In this document: positions 50,918-59,148 of the stretch, in pieces
Layout of the letters: each line of letters starts with the position of its first letter
Position numbering within the stretch: the stretch's first letter is position 1
From: Gemmatimonadota bacterium
Lineage (GTDB): Bacteria; Gemmatimonadota; Gemmatimonadetes; Longimicrobiales; Longimicrobiaceae
Assembly: GCA_028287185.1 (NCBI GenBank)
Contig: JAQBQD010000155.1
Location: 33,609 to 97,608, forward strand
Length of the DNA: 64,000 nt
Reading direction: 5' to 3'
Made by a program: the position numbers and the translations under genes
Notes under the pieces: model-generated
Seen by the model: only the letters and a program-made list of their open reading frames with translations
Told to the model about the DNA's origin: nothing
Databases searched by the model: none

Positions 50918-53900
50918 GCGCCTCCCCCCGCGCGGGCGCGGCGCCGGCGTTCGCGGTCCCCTCCGGAAAGTCGAGCTGCACCACCATCTCCGTGGCCCAG
51001 CGCCCGCCGGCCACCTCGGCCAGCGCGTCGGGCCCGGGCAGGCGCTCCTCCACGATCACGTTGAAGTGCTTCACCCCCGCGGCCAGCTTGCCCAGCAGCC
51101 CCACCAGCAGCGGGTTGCCAAAGTCCATGAACTGCGGCTTGTAGAAGTCGCGCGACGGCGTGGTCACCTTCACCGGCGGGCCCTTCGCGTCGTCCTCCGC
51201 CTTCGCTCCCTCGGCCTCGGCCGCCTTCGCCGCCTCGGGCTGCTCCGGCTCGTCCGCGGCGGGCATCGCCTCGGCGCCCACGTTCATGGCCGCCTCCTGG
51301 GCGTCCATCGCCGCCGGCGTCTCGTCCCCCGGCTTCTTGGCCGCGGGGTCCGGAATGGGGATCATCCGCACGTAGCAGCTTTCCGGCAGCCCCGCGTCGC
51401 GCCGCCAGCGGGTGGCGCGCACGAAGAAGTCGGCGGCCGTCTCGTCCGCCGCGCGCTGCGGGACGAGGACGCCCGGCACCAGCCACCGCCGCCGGGTCAC
51501 CAGCACCCGCCCGCCTATGGAGATGCGCGGCCGGTGCGAGATCTCCGGCGGGGCAGGGGGCGGCGCCTCGGCCTTCGTCTCCTCGGCGGACGCATCCTCC
51601 GCGGTCGCCGCCTCAGCTCCGGCGTCCGCCGAGGCGATGGAATCCGTGGCCTCGCCGTCCGCCGTCTTCGCGACCCCATCGGACGCAACCACCTGCGCAG
51701 CGGCGGACGCTTCCGGCGCCGCGGCGTCCGCGGTATCGGGAGATGCGACGCCCTCCACGGGGGCGGCCGTATCCGCAGCCGCATCGACCGGCACGCCGTC
51801 GGCCGGCGGAGCCGGGCGCGGCGGGTTGACGGGCGTCTCGGGCACGGACGGCGCGAAGGTGACGGGCGGGGTGAAGCGCGACAGGAGCTGGTACAGCGGC
51901 GGCCGCATGCGCGGGTTCAGGAACCCCAGGTCCACGGGGATCACCCGCCGGCCGCTGGGCCCGTGGCGCAGGGCGAGCGAGTGCGGGTCCTCGGGATCCG
52001 GCTCCACGAACAGGTCCGAGCTGCGGAGCTGGTCGGCCGCGTCGCCGCTCTCGCCCGTGGGGTAGCTGATCTCCCAGCGCATCAACGAGGGGTGCAGGTT
52101 GGCGTTGAACTGCGCATCGCCGCAGATCTCCGCCAGCAGCTCGTCCGTGAGCGCCTGGTTGCCGGCGCGCACCTCCTCCAGGAAGTCTTCCGGCAGCATG
52201 TACAGGAAGCGCGAGAAGTACTTGCCGTACCCCGCGGTGTAGCTGCCGCTCTGCAGCAGGAAGGCGGGGTCGCCCCCCTCCTCGCGCGGGGGCACCAGCA
52301 GGGTGAACGCGCTCACGGAGCGGCACGGCGCCGGCTGCGGCTCGACCCCCGCCAGGGCCTCCTCCACCTCGGCCAGCGGGATCGTGACCTCGGCCGCGTC
52401 GGGCGCCTCGCGCCAGCGCGCCACGATGCGCTCCTGCAGCCGCATGCGCGCCTCGTTGAGCGCCTGGATAAAGGGCAGCTTGAAGGGGTTGTTGACGTCG
52501 TATCCCTCCAGCGCCGCCTTGTCCGCCCCGCCGCGCGCCTTCTGCTCCTTCTCCACGTGCGCCTTGAAGTGCTCGCGGTAGAAGTCCTCGTAGAACTGCA
52601 AAAGCGGCACGCCGTGCCGGTCGCCGTACTGCATGTCGAAGAAGTGCCGCATGGTGGCCTGCTCGGCCCGCGGCCACGCCAGGCGCGAGGTGAGGCGCGC
52701 CCAGTCCACCAGCGCGTCCGTGGCCCGACGCACGCCGGGCGTGAGCGCCACGGTGGCGTCCGCGTCGGCCGTGGCGTCCTCGTAGAACGGCATGTCCTTC
52801 CGCAGGCGGGCCTTCACCTCCATGGCCGTGAACGCCTCGTCGATGGCGGCGTGGATCTCGGCCACCACGGCCTCGCGCCTCTCCACCGGCGCCGCCGCGT
52901 AGGCGTCCGTGCGCTCTCGCACCTGGCGCAGCAGGGCGGCGGCGCGCGTGGCGTGCTCGTCGTCCAGCGCGTCCAGCAGCGCGGCGAAGGGCAGGTCCCA
53001 GTCGGCGTCCTGCTCGCGGATGCCGGTGTGGAAGCGCAGGAAGCCGATCTCGATCAGCTTCTCCAGGTACGCCTCCGCCTCCTCGGTGCTGGCGTCGATC
53101 TGCGGATCGCGCGTCAGCCGGTCCACCAGGTCGCCCAGCGTGGGCGCCGGGTCGGCGGCGAACACCTGCGTGATCACCTGCAGCACCTCGTTGGCGGCCA
53201 CGCGCTGGAACACCTCGCGCCCCTGCACGGCCGACAGGAAGACCAGGCGGGCGCCCTCGGTGCGCAGCGTGGGGTTGGGCTCCACCACCAGCCGCCGCCG
53301 CACGCCGGGCCGCTCCTTGAGGTGATCCAGCAGGATGCCGTACAGCAGCTTGTTGATGCGCACGAAGCTGCGCTTGGCCCGGGGGTCGCCGTGCAGGCGC
53401 AGCAGGCCGCCCTCGCCGTCCTCCGCCGCCCCGTCCTCGGTGAAGCGGCCGGGGACCACGGCGCAGAACGCCGCGAAGGGCGTCGCCTTCATGGCCATGC
53501 GCGTGTAGTAGCGCAGCAGCCCGCGCTCCGTCTTCTCGTCCTTGCCCGAGAGCGCGCCGGCCGTTCCCGCCGTGTAGCGGTCCAGCGACGCGTGCAGCGA
53601 ACGGCTGGACACCAGCAGCCCCTTCCGGAACTCCGGATCGCGCAGCAGCTGGCGGAAGGCCGCCCGGGCCGTTCCGCTCTCCTCGCCGTACGCCGCCGCC
53701 ACCTCCGCCGCCAGCGCGTCGCGCTCCACCAGCGCCTGCTGCAGCGCTCCAACCTCGGATGCCTGCTCGGTGGAGAGCTGCGCGCAGGCGCCTTCCAGCA
53801 CCTCCGCCGGCAGCGGACGCAGGTTGAACAGCTCGCGCCGGGCGCGCAGCAGGCGTTTGCGCGCCGCGCCGTCGTCCCCCGCCGCGCCGATGGCGGCGAA

Positions 53901-54116
53901 CAGCAGGGCCGAGACGGCCTCGCGGCGCTCCGCGAGCGCGTCCTCGGCCGCCAGCAGCGCGTCCAGGCGCTCCAGCGTGCGGGTGGCGCGCATCTGCTCG
54001 ACGCCGTCCACCGGCGCGCCCGAGATCCGGCATACGAAGCGGCGCACCAGGCGCTCGGCCTCCCGCCCGGGGCGGTCCTCGTTCCAGGTGTCGGCGGTCA
54101 CTTCGGCGTTCTCCAT
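50901..54116 (-). CDS. lanB: Lanthipeptide dehydratase, glutamylation domain (Lant_dehydr_N-like) with long Ala/Pro/Asp/Glu-rich low-complexity inserts
   Basis: ATG at 54114-54116 (MENAEVTADTWNEDRPG...); motif YYTRMAMKATPFAAFCAV corresponds to the conserved Y.TRM..R.TPFGLF of LanB; 1071 aa; the upstream part of the 1144-aa six-frame ORF is non-coding-like. Confidence 0.75.
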   Translation of the reverse strand: MENAEVTADTWNEDRPGREAERLVRRFVCRISGAPVDGVEQMRATRTLERLDALLAAEDALAERREAVSALLFAAIGAAGDDGAARKRLLRARRELFNLRPLPAEVLEGACAQLSTEQASEVGALQQALVERDALAAEVAAAYGEESGTARAAFRQLLRDPEFRKGLLVSSRSLHASLDRYTAGTAGALSGKDEKTERGLLRYYTRMAMKATPFAAFCAVVPGRFTEDGAAEDGEGGLLRLHGDPRAKRSFVRINKLLYGILLDHLKERPGVRRRLVVEPNPTLRTEGARLVFLSAVQGREVFQRVAANEVLQVITQVFAADPAPTLGDLVDRLTRDPQIDASTEEAEAYLEKLIEIGFLRFHTGIREQDADWDLPFAALLDALDDEHATRAAALLRQVRERTDAYAAAPVERREAVVAEIHAAIDEAFTAMEVKARLRKDMPFYEDATADADATVALTPGVRRATDALVDWARLTSRLAWPRAEQATMRHFFDMQYGDRHGVPLLQFYEDFYREHFKAHVEKEQKARGGADKAALEGYDVNNPFKLPFIQALNEARMRLQERIVARWREAPDAAEVTIPLAEVEEALAGVEPQPAPCRSVSAFTLLVPPREEGGDPAFLLQSGSYTAGYGKYFSRFLYMLPEDFLEEVRAGNQALTDELLAEICGDAQFNANLHPSLMRWEISYPTGESGDAADQLRSSDLFVEPDPEDPHSLALRHGPSGRRVIPVDLGFLNPRMRPPLYQLLSRFTPPVTFAPSVPETPVNPPRPAPPADGVPVDAAADTAAPVEGVASPDTADAAAPEASAAAQVVASDGVAKTADGEATDSIASADAGAEAATAEDASAEETKAEAPPPAPPEISHRPRISIGGRVLVTRRRWLVPGVLVPQRAADETAADFFVRATRWRRDAGLPESCYVRMIPIPDPAAKKPGDETPAAMDAQEAAMNVGAEAMPAADEPEQPEAAKAAEAEGAKAEDDAKGPPVKVTTPSRDFYKPQFMDFGNPLLVGLLGKLAAGVKHFNVIVEERLPGPDALAEVAGGRWATEMVVQLDFPEGTANAGAAPARGEAHAALA

Positions 54117-54571
54117 CGTCACCGGAAGGATCTGTTGCGGCAGAATGTGGCAGAAACAGGCAGGCGCGCCGGCCGCGCTGGTCTCGCGGCAGGAATCGGC
54201 CTGCCGAGCAGCCGTGGGCCGAGCCAGGATATGCGATACAAAGCGCTTACGGATGATATTCGCGGAGCCCAAATCTCGCAAGCCGCCGCCATTTGCGTAG
54301 GGCCGCACCCGTCCGCGCCCACCATCCCAGATCACCAGCAGCCATCTCGTTGCTCCTGCGCCCCTTCCGTCTTTTCAGACGCCCGCAGGCGATCGAGTCT
54401 CTGGAACGCCGGCGAATTCTCCACGTCGCAAAGGGAGCGAACCATACATCAGAAATCGACTGGACCGGCTACAGGTGTTTCGATCCCCGGCATGTCTCCC
54501 GTGCTCGGAGCTCGAGGCCCCTCGTCGAAAGAAGTCCGGCCCTTCCGTCCCCGCTGACGGCGTGCGGAGCG

Positions 54572-54862
54572 TTACTGCTCCACCTGCACGCCCTTCCAGA
54601 ACGCCACGTGATCGCGAATGTTCGCGGCGGGGTCCTTCGGCTCCGGGTAGTACCAGGCCGCGTCGCGATTCGTCTCGCCGTCCACCACCACGTCGTAGTA
54701 GCTGGCCGTTCCCTTCCACGGGCAGACGGTCTGCGTGGCGCTGTCGCGAAAGTGCTCGCGGCTCACCGCATCCGGCGGAAAGTAGACGTTGCCCTCCACC
54801 ATCTGCACCCGCTCCTGCGGCGCCTCGGCGATCACGGCGCCCTTCCACGTTGCCTTCGGCAT
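54572..54862 (-). CDS. DUF427-domain protein
   Basis: ATG at 54860-54862: MPKATWKGAVIAEAPQERVQMVEGNVYFPPDAVSREHF...CPWKGTASYYDVVVDGETNRDAAWYYPEPK matches the DUF427 pattern. Confidence 0.6.
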   Translation of the reverse strand: MPKATWKGAVIAEAPQERVQMVEGNVYFPPDAVSREHFRDSATQTVCPWKGTASYYDVVVDGETNRDAAWYYPEPKDPAANIRDHVAFWKGVQVEQ

Positions 54863-55000
54863 GCGACGTTCTCCTGGCCTGTGGATTCGCTGCGGTTCCG
54901 GACCCGTCCGACGCGATTCCACTACGGCGGCGGAAGATGGATGCATCCTGCAACAGTTCATCGTCCACCTCGACGTGCGGCGCTCCTGCGGGAGAGGAAT

Positions 55001-55756
55001 CTATAGCCCGGTGGGATGATCGATGAACTCCCACGCGATGCCGAACTTCTCCTCCAGGTGGCGCGCCAGGGCCTTCACGCCCCACGTCTCGGTGGCGTAG
55101 TGGCCGCCCAGGAAGAGGTTGACGCCGCCCTCCTCCGCGTCGAAATAGTTGTGATGTGCACCTTCTCCTGTGATGAACGCGTCCAGCCCCGCCGCGGCGG
55201 CCGCGCCCACCATGCTGCCCGCGCCGCCGGTGATGATGCCCATCCGGCGCACGCGCTCGGGCCCACCCGGCACCAGCTTCACGCGCACGCCCAGCACCTC
55301 GTCCAGGCGCGCGCAGAGCGCCTCGCGGCGCAGGTCCAGCTCGCCCCACACCCCCAGCGGCCACCCCTTGTAGTCCGCGAACGTCCCCCGCGGCTCCATG
55401 CCCAGCGCGCGGGCGAGCACGGCATTGTTGCCCACCTCGGGGTGCACGTCCAGCGGCAGGTGCGCCGAGTAGACGGCCAGGTCCGCGTGGAACAGCGCGC
55501 GCAGCCGGCGATAGCGCCGTCCGGTGACGGGCTGGCTGCCGTCCCAGAACAGGCCGTGGTGCACCAGAAGCAGGTCTGCGCCGCTGGCGGCCGCGCGCTC
55601 CACCACCGCCTGGGCCGCGTCCACCGCCACCGCGATCCGGCGCACCTCGCCGCGGCCGGTGTCCAGCTGCAGGCCGTTGAGCGCGCCTGCGTAGTCCGGC
55701 ACCTCGCAGATGCGCAGGTAGTCGTCCAGGTACTCGGTCAGCTCGCTCGGGGTCAC
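55001..55756 (-). CDS. Nif3-family dinuclear-metal-centre protein (YqfO/YbgI-like)
   Basis: VTPSELTEYLDDYLRICEVPDYAGALNGLQLD...; start uncertain (GTG at 55754-55756 preferred; the ORF's ATG at 55873 would place a DnaA-box cluster inside an atypical N-terminal extension). Confidence 0.65.
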   Translation of the reverse strand: MTPSELTEYLDDYLRICEVPDYAGALNGLQLDTGRGEVRRIAVAVDAAQAVVERAAASGADLLLVHHGLFWDGSQPVTGRRYRRLRALFHADLAVYSAHLPLDVHPEVGNNAVLARALGMEPRGTFADYKGWPLGVWGELDLRREALCARLDEVLGVRVKLVPGGPERVRRMGIITGGAGSMVGAAAAAGLDAFITGEGAHHNYFDAEEGGVNLFLGGHYATETWGVKALARHLEEKFGIAWEFIDHPTGL

Positions 55757-55780
55757 GCGGGGCGCGGGGTTCCGGCCGGT

Positions 55781-55888
55781 TCCACAATTGTGGATAACGA
55801 CGGTGGATAAACCTGGGATGTTTCTGTGGAAAATCTGCAACCCAATGTGGGACGCAGGTTTAAGACTGCACACCGCGTTTGTGGAGAA
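55781..55888. promoter_or_regulatory. Cluster of DnaA-box-like 9-mers (candidate oriC element or DnaA-regulated region)
   Basis: TGTGGATAA (55789-55797, perfect DnaA box), GGTGGATAA (55802-55810), TGTGGAAAA (55825-55833), TGTGGAGAA (55880-55888), plus inverted TTCCACA (55781-55787); locally A/T-richer; about 3.5 kb from parAB-mnmG. Confidence 0.5.
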
Positions 55889-56356
55889 CTACGCGAAGCT
55901 TTGTTCAGGTTCGCCTGGCGGAAGGGCGTGGGGCAGCGGCTGCGGAGCGCCGTCCATCATCCGGATCTGGCCGTTGAACTGCGCCCCCTCCTCCAGCGAC
56001 AGGTGGTGGGGATGGGTGCGGATCTCGCCCTCGATGTCGCAGGTGGACTGCAGCGTCAGCCGCTCGGCCGTCAGCGTCCCGCGGATGCGCCCGCCGATCA
56101 CGATGGTTTCGGCCGTGACGTCGCCGACGATCTCGCCCTCCTTGCCGATGAACACCGATCGGCCCGCGCGCAGCGTGCCCTGGATGCGTCCCTCCACGCG
56201 GATCTCGCCCTCGGTGGTCACGTCGCCCACCACCACCATCCCGGGACCGATCAGCGAGATCGATCCCACCTCCGCATTGCGGATCGCCGAAGCCACCTTG
56301 TCTCGTGCCACGGACCCTCCCGGCCGGTCGTTCGTTTTCTTTCCGAAGATCGCCAT
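55889..56356 (-). CDS. Bactofilin (DUF583) cytoskeletal protein
   Basis: MAIFGKKTNDRP...; repeated beta-helix pattern IGPGMVVVGDVTTEGEIRVEGRIQGTLRAGRSVFIGKEGEIVGDVTAETIVIGGRIRGTL. Confidence 0.75.
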   Translation of the reverse strand: MAIFGKKTNDRPGGSVARDKVASAIRNAEVGSISLIGPGMVVVGDVTTEGEIRVEGRIQGTLRAGRSVFIGKEGEIVGDVTAETIVIGGRIRGTLTAERLTLQSTCDIEGEIRTHPHHLSLEEGAQFNGQIRMMDGAPQPLPHALPPGEPEQSFA

Positions 56357-56368
56357 TCTCTCACGCCC

Positions 56369-57133
56369 TCATCGCGGGTTGCGGACCAGGCTCCGGGGAT
56401 CGACCGGGCTGCCGTCCTTGCGGATCTCGAAGTGCAGGTGCGGCGCCGTGGACGCGCCCGTGCTGCCGCTCAGCGCGATCACCTGATCGCGCGCCACGCG
56501 CTGGCGCCGCGCCACCAGCAAGCGCGACGCGTGCCCGTACAAGCTCTCGTATCCGCCCGCGTGGGCGATGCGCACGAAGCGGCCGTACACCGGGTCCTCG
56601 CGCGCCTCCGTCACCACGCCCGCGCCCGCCGCATGGATGGCCGATCCCGCCGCCACCGCGATGTCCAGCCCCGGGTGCCCCAGCCCCGCGCGGCCCAGCA
56701 GCCCGCGGGTGACGAAGCCCGCCGGGCTGAGCGGCCAGTCGCGGGGCAGGGAAGCCTGCGGCGAGCCCCCGTGCGCCGGCGTGCTGTCCACGACCGCCGC
56801 GCCCGGTTCCGCCGTGTCGCGCACGATGGAGTCGCGAGGCACGTCACCGCCCAGCATCGCGCGCACCCGGTCGTACTGCGCCTCCATGCGGGCCACGGCC
56901 CGGGACAGCTCCTCCACCCGCTGCCGGTCCTTCTGCAGCGTTGCGATCTCGTGCTTCAGCGCCGGCACGCGCGCCGCCTGCGCCGCGAACCAGAACCACG
57001 TCACCGCCATCAGCACGATCGCCACGCCCGCCGCCGCGCCGCCGATCACGGCCAGGCGCAGCTGACGGTACGTCACCTCGAACGAGCGCGTCGTCAGGTC
57101 CTCGCTTCCGTGCGGGACGATGATGAACGACAT
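56369..57133 (-). CDS. M23-family metallopeptidase (LytM domain) with N-terminal TM and coiled-coil
   Basis: ATG at 57131-57133 (MSFIIVPHG...); HxxxD and HLHFEIR zinc motifs. Confidence 0.75.
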   Translation of the reverse strand: MSFIIVPHGSEDLTTRSFEVTYRQLRLAVIGGAAAGVAIVLMAVTWFWFAAQAARVPALKHEIATLQKDRQRVEELSRAVARMEAQYDRVRAMLGGDVPRDSIVRDTAEPGAAVVDSTPAHGGSPQASLPRDWPLSPAGFVTRGLLGRAGLGHPGLDIAVAAGSAIHAAGAGVVTEAREDPVYGRFVRIAHAGGYESLYGHASRLLVARRQRVARDQVIALSGSTGASTAPHLHFEIRKDGSPVDPRSLVRNPR

Positions 57134-57230
57134 GCGCCGCTCGTCCCGGTCGCGGGGCTTCGCCACGTCGGCCCGCCTCAGCGCAAAAGCGGGGAATGGA
57201 CCCCGCCCCGGGATGTCGATCCCGCGTCGG

Positions 57231-58220
57231 TCACGGCCGGTCCGCCTCGGCGCCCAGGATCAGCTCGAGGACCCGGTCGAAGTCGTCCGCGTTGTAGAAG
57301 GGGATCTCGATGCGACCTGCCTTGCCGCCCTTCAGGTGGATGCGCACCGCCGTGCCCAGCGTGCGCTGCAGGTCCGCCTCCAGCGACCGCAGGTGCGGAT
57401 CGTCCATCCCCCGGCCGCGCCCGCCCACTGCCGGCGTTCCCGAGAGCGCGGCGGAGGGTCGCGCATCCGTGGCGCCCTCCGTGGCCGCCGCGTCGGACGG
57501 CGTGGCTGCGGCGGGAGCACGCCGGGCACGCACCCGCTCCTCCACCACCCGCACCGACAGCCCGCGGTCCACGGTTTCGCGCGCCAGGTCCGCCATGGCG
57601 CGCTCGTCCTCCAGCCCCAGGATGGCGCGGGCGTGGCCCATCGACAGCGACCCCAGGCTCACCATGCGCTGCACGGAGGGGGGAAGCTGGAGCAGGCGAA
57701 GGAGGTTGGCGACGGTGCTGCGCTCGCGGCCCACGCTCTCGGCCACCTCGGCCTGCGTGAAGCCGAACTCGTCGATGAGCTGCCGGTAGCCCTGGGCCTC
57801 CTCCAGCGGCGAAAGCTCGGCGCGCTGGACGTTCTCCACGATGGCCAGGATGAGCATGGCGCGGTCGTCCAGCTCCTTGACCACCGCCGGCACCTCCGTC
57901 CACCCCAGGCGCCGCACGGCCCGCCAGCGCCGCTCGCCCGCCACCAGCTCCCAGTCCGCGCCCTCGGCCGTCGCCGAGGTGGCCGCGCGGACCACGATGG
58001 GCTGCAGCAGGCCGTTCTGGCGGATGGACTCTTCCAGCTCCGCCAGCTGCTCGGGCGCGAACTCGCGGCGGGGCTGGAAGGGGTTGGGGGCGATGCGCGA
58101 GGTGGCGAGCTGGCGTAGCGTCTCGCCGCTCTGGGGGCCGCCGCCCTCCTCGCCCGGCAGGTACTCGCCCAGCAGCGCGCTGAGTCCCTTGCCGAGCCGG
58201 CCCTTCTTCTGCGCCGACAC
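57231..58220 (-). CDS. parB: Chromosome partitioning protein ParB
   Basis: GTG start (cac 58218-58220) overlapping the parA stop by 1 nt; ParB box GERRWRA, HTH and KGRLGKGLSALL N-terminus. Confidence 0.85.
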   Translation of the reverse strand: MSAQKKGRLGKGLSALLGEYLPGEEGGGPQSGETLRQLATSRIAPNPFQPRREFAPEQLAELEESIRQNGLLQPIVVRAATSATAEGADWELVAGERRWRAVRRLGWTEVPAVVKELDDRAMLILAIVENVQRAELSPLEEAQGYRQLIDEFGFTQAEVAESVGRERSTVANLLRLLQLPPSVQRMVSLGSLSMGHARAILGLEDERAMADLARETVDRGLSVRVVEERVRARRAPAAATPSDAAATEGATDARPSAALSGTPAVGGRGRGMDDPHLRSLEADLQRTLGTAVRIHLKGGKAGRIEIPFYNADDFDRVLELILGAEADRP

Positions 58221-59032
58221 TACCTGGCCCCCGCCGCCGCGGCCGCCGCCGGCGCGCTCGCCGTGGCCACCTTCCGCGAGATCACTTCCTTCGCCAGCGC
58301 CAGGTAGCTCTTGGCACCCACGGACAGCACGTCGTACAGCACGATCGGCTTCCCGAAGCTCGGCGCCTCGGCGATGCGCACGTTCCGGGGAATGGTGGTG
58401 CGGTACACCTTGGGGCCGAAGTACTCCTTCGCCTCCTCGGCCACCTGGCGCGACAGGTTGAGGCGGCCGTCGAACATGGTCAGCAGCACGCCCTCGATCT
58501 GGAGCCGCGGGTTCAGGTTCTTCTGCACCAGCGTGACGGTGTTCAGGAGCTGCGAGAGGCCCTCCAGCGCGTAGAACTCGCACTGGATGGGGATGAGCAC
58601 CGAGTCGGCCGCGGCCAGCGTGTTGAGCGTGATCAGGCCCAGGGAGGGGGGACAGTCGATGAGGATGTATTCGTAGCGGTTGCGCACCACGTCCAGCGCC
58701 CGCTTCAGGATGGTGTCGCGGTTGCGGCGGTTCACCAGCTCCACCTCGGCGCCCACCAGGTCGCGCGTGGCCGGTGCCACGTCCAGGAAGGGGAAGTGAA
58801 CCTGGGAGCGGATCACGTCCTCCAGCGGCGTGTCGCCCGTCAGCACGTCGTACATCGACCGCTCCAGCTCGTCCTTGACGATTCCGAGCCCGCTGGTGGC
58901 GTTGCCCTGCGGGTCGGTATCGATCACCAGGGTCTTCTTCTCCGCCACGGCCAGGCACGCGCCAAGGTTGATGGCCGTGGTCGTCTTTCCGACGCCGCCC
59001 TTCTGGTTCGCGATTGCGATGATGCGCGACAC
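58220..59032 (-). CDS. parA: Chromosome partitioning ATPase ParA/Soj
   Basis: Deviant Walker A KGGVGKTTTAINL directly after the proposed GTG start (cac 59030-59032; VSRIIAIANQKGG...); the alternative ATG at 59152 would add a 40-aa non-conserved leader. Confidence 0.8.
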   Translation of the reverse strand: MSRIIAIANQKGGVGKTTTAINLGACLAVAEKKTLVIDTDPQGNATSGLGIVKDELERSMYDVLTGDTPLEDVIRSQVHFPFLDVAPATRDLVGAEVELVNRRNRDTILKRALDVVRNRYEYILIDCPPSLGLITLNTLAAADSVLIPIQCEFYALEGLSQLLNTVTLVQKNLNPRLQIEGVLLTMFDGRLNLSRQVAEEAKEYFGPKVYRTTIPRNVRIAEAPSFGKPIVLYDVLSVGAKSYLALAKEVISRKVATASAPAAAAAAGAR

Positions 59033-59120
59033 GCTGCTCCTCTGGGTGTGGTCTTGCTGCGGGAGTCGGGAGTGGTTCGCGCAATATAACGCGCGTGCGC
59101 GCGAGGCGTCCAGCGAAGCC

Positions 59121-59146
59121 AGCCGTGTTCCACGTGGAACACGGCT
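59121..59146. promoter_or_regulatory. parS centromere-like site (perfect 26-bp palindrome containing TGTTCCACGTGGAACA)
   Basis: agccgTGTTCCACGTGGAACAcggct read directly; 2 symmetric mismatches to the canonical TGTTTCACGTGAAACA; located between mnmG stop and parA start. Confidence 0.8.
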
Positions 59147-59148
59147 TC

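Noticed and set aside
50853-54557. 1234-aa plus-strand ORF
   Set aside because: Antisense shadow of the LanB glutamylation-domain gene. It is low-complexity Arg/Gly/His/Leu translation.
55757-55873. Annotated ATG start (MCSLKPASHIGLQIFHRNIPG...) of the Nif3-like gene
   Set aside because: This N-terminal extension is non-conserved and A/T-richer, and it would place the DnaA-box cluster inside coding sequence. An internal GTG (55754-55756) preceding the conserved VTPSELTEYLDDYL start is preferred, though the alternative is not excluded.
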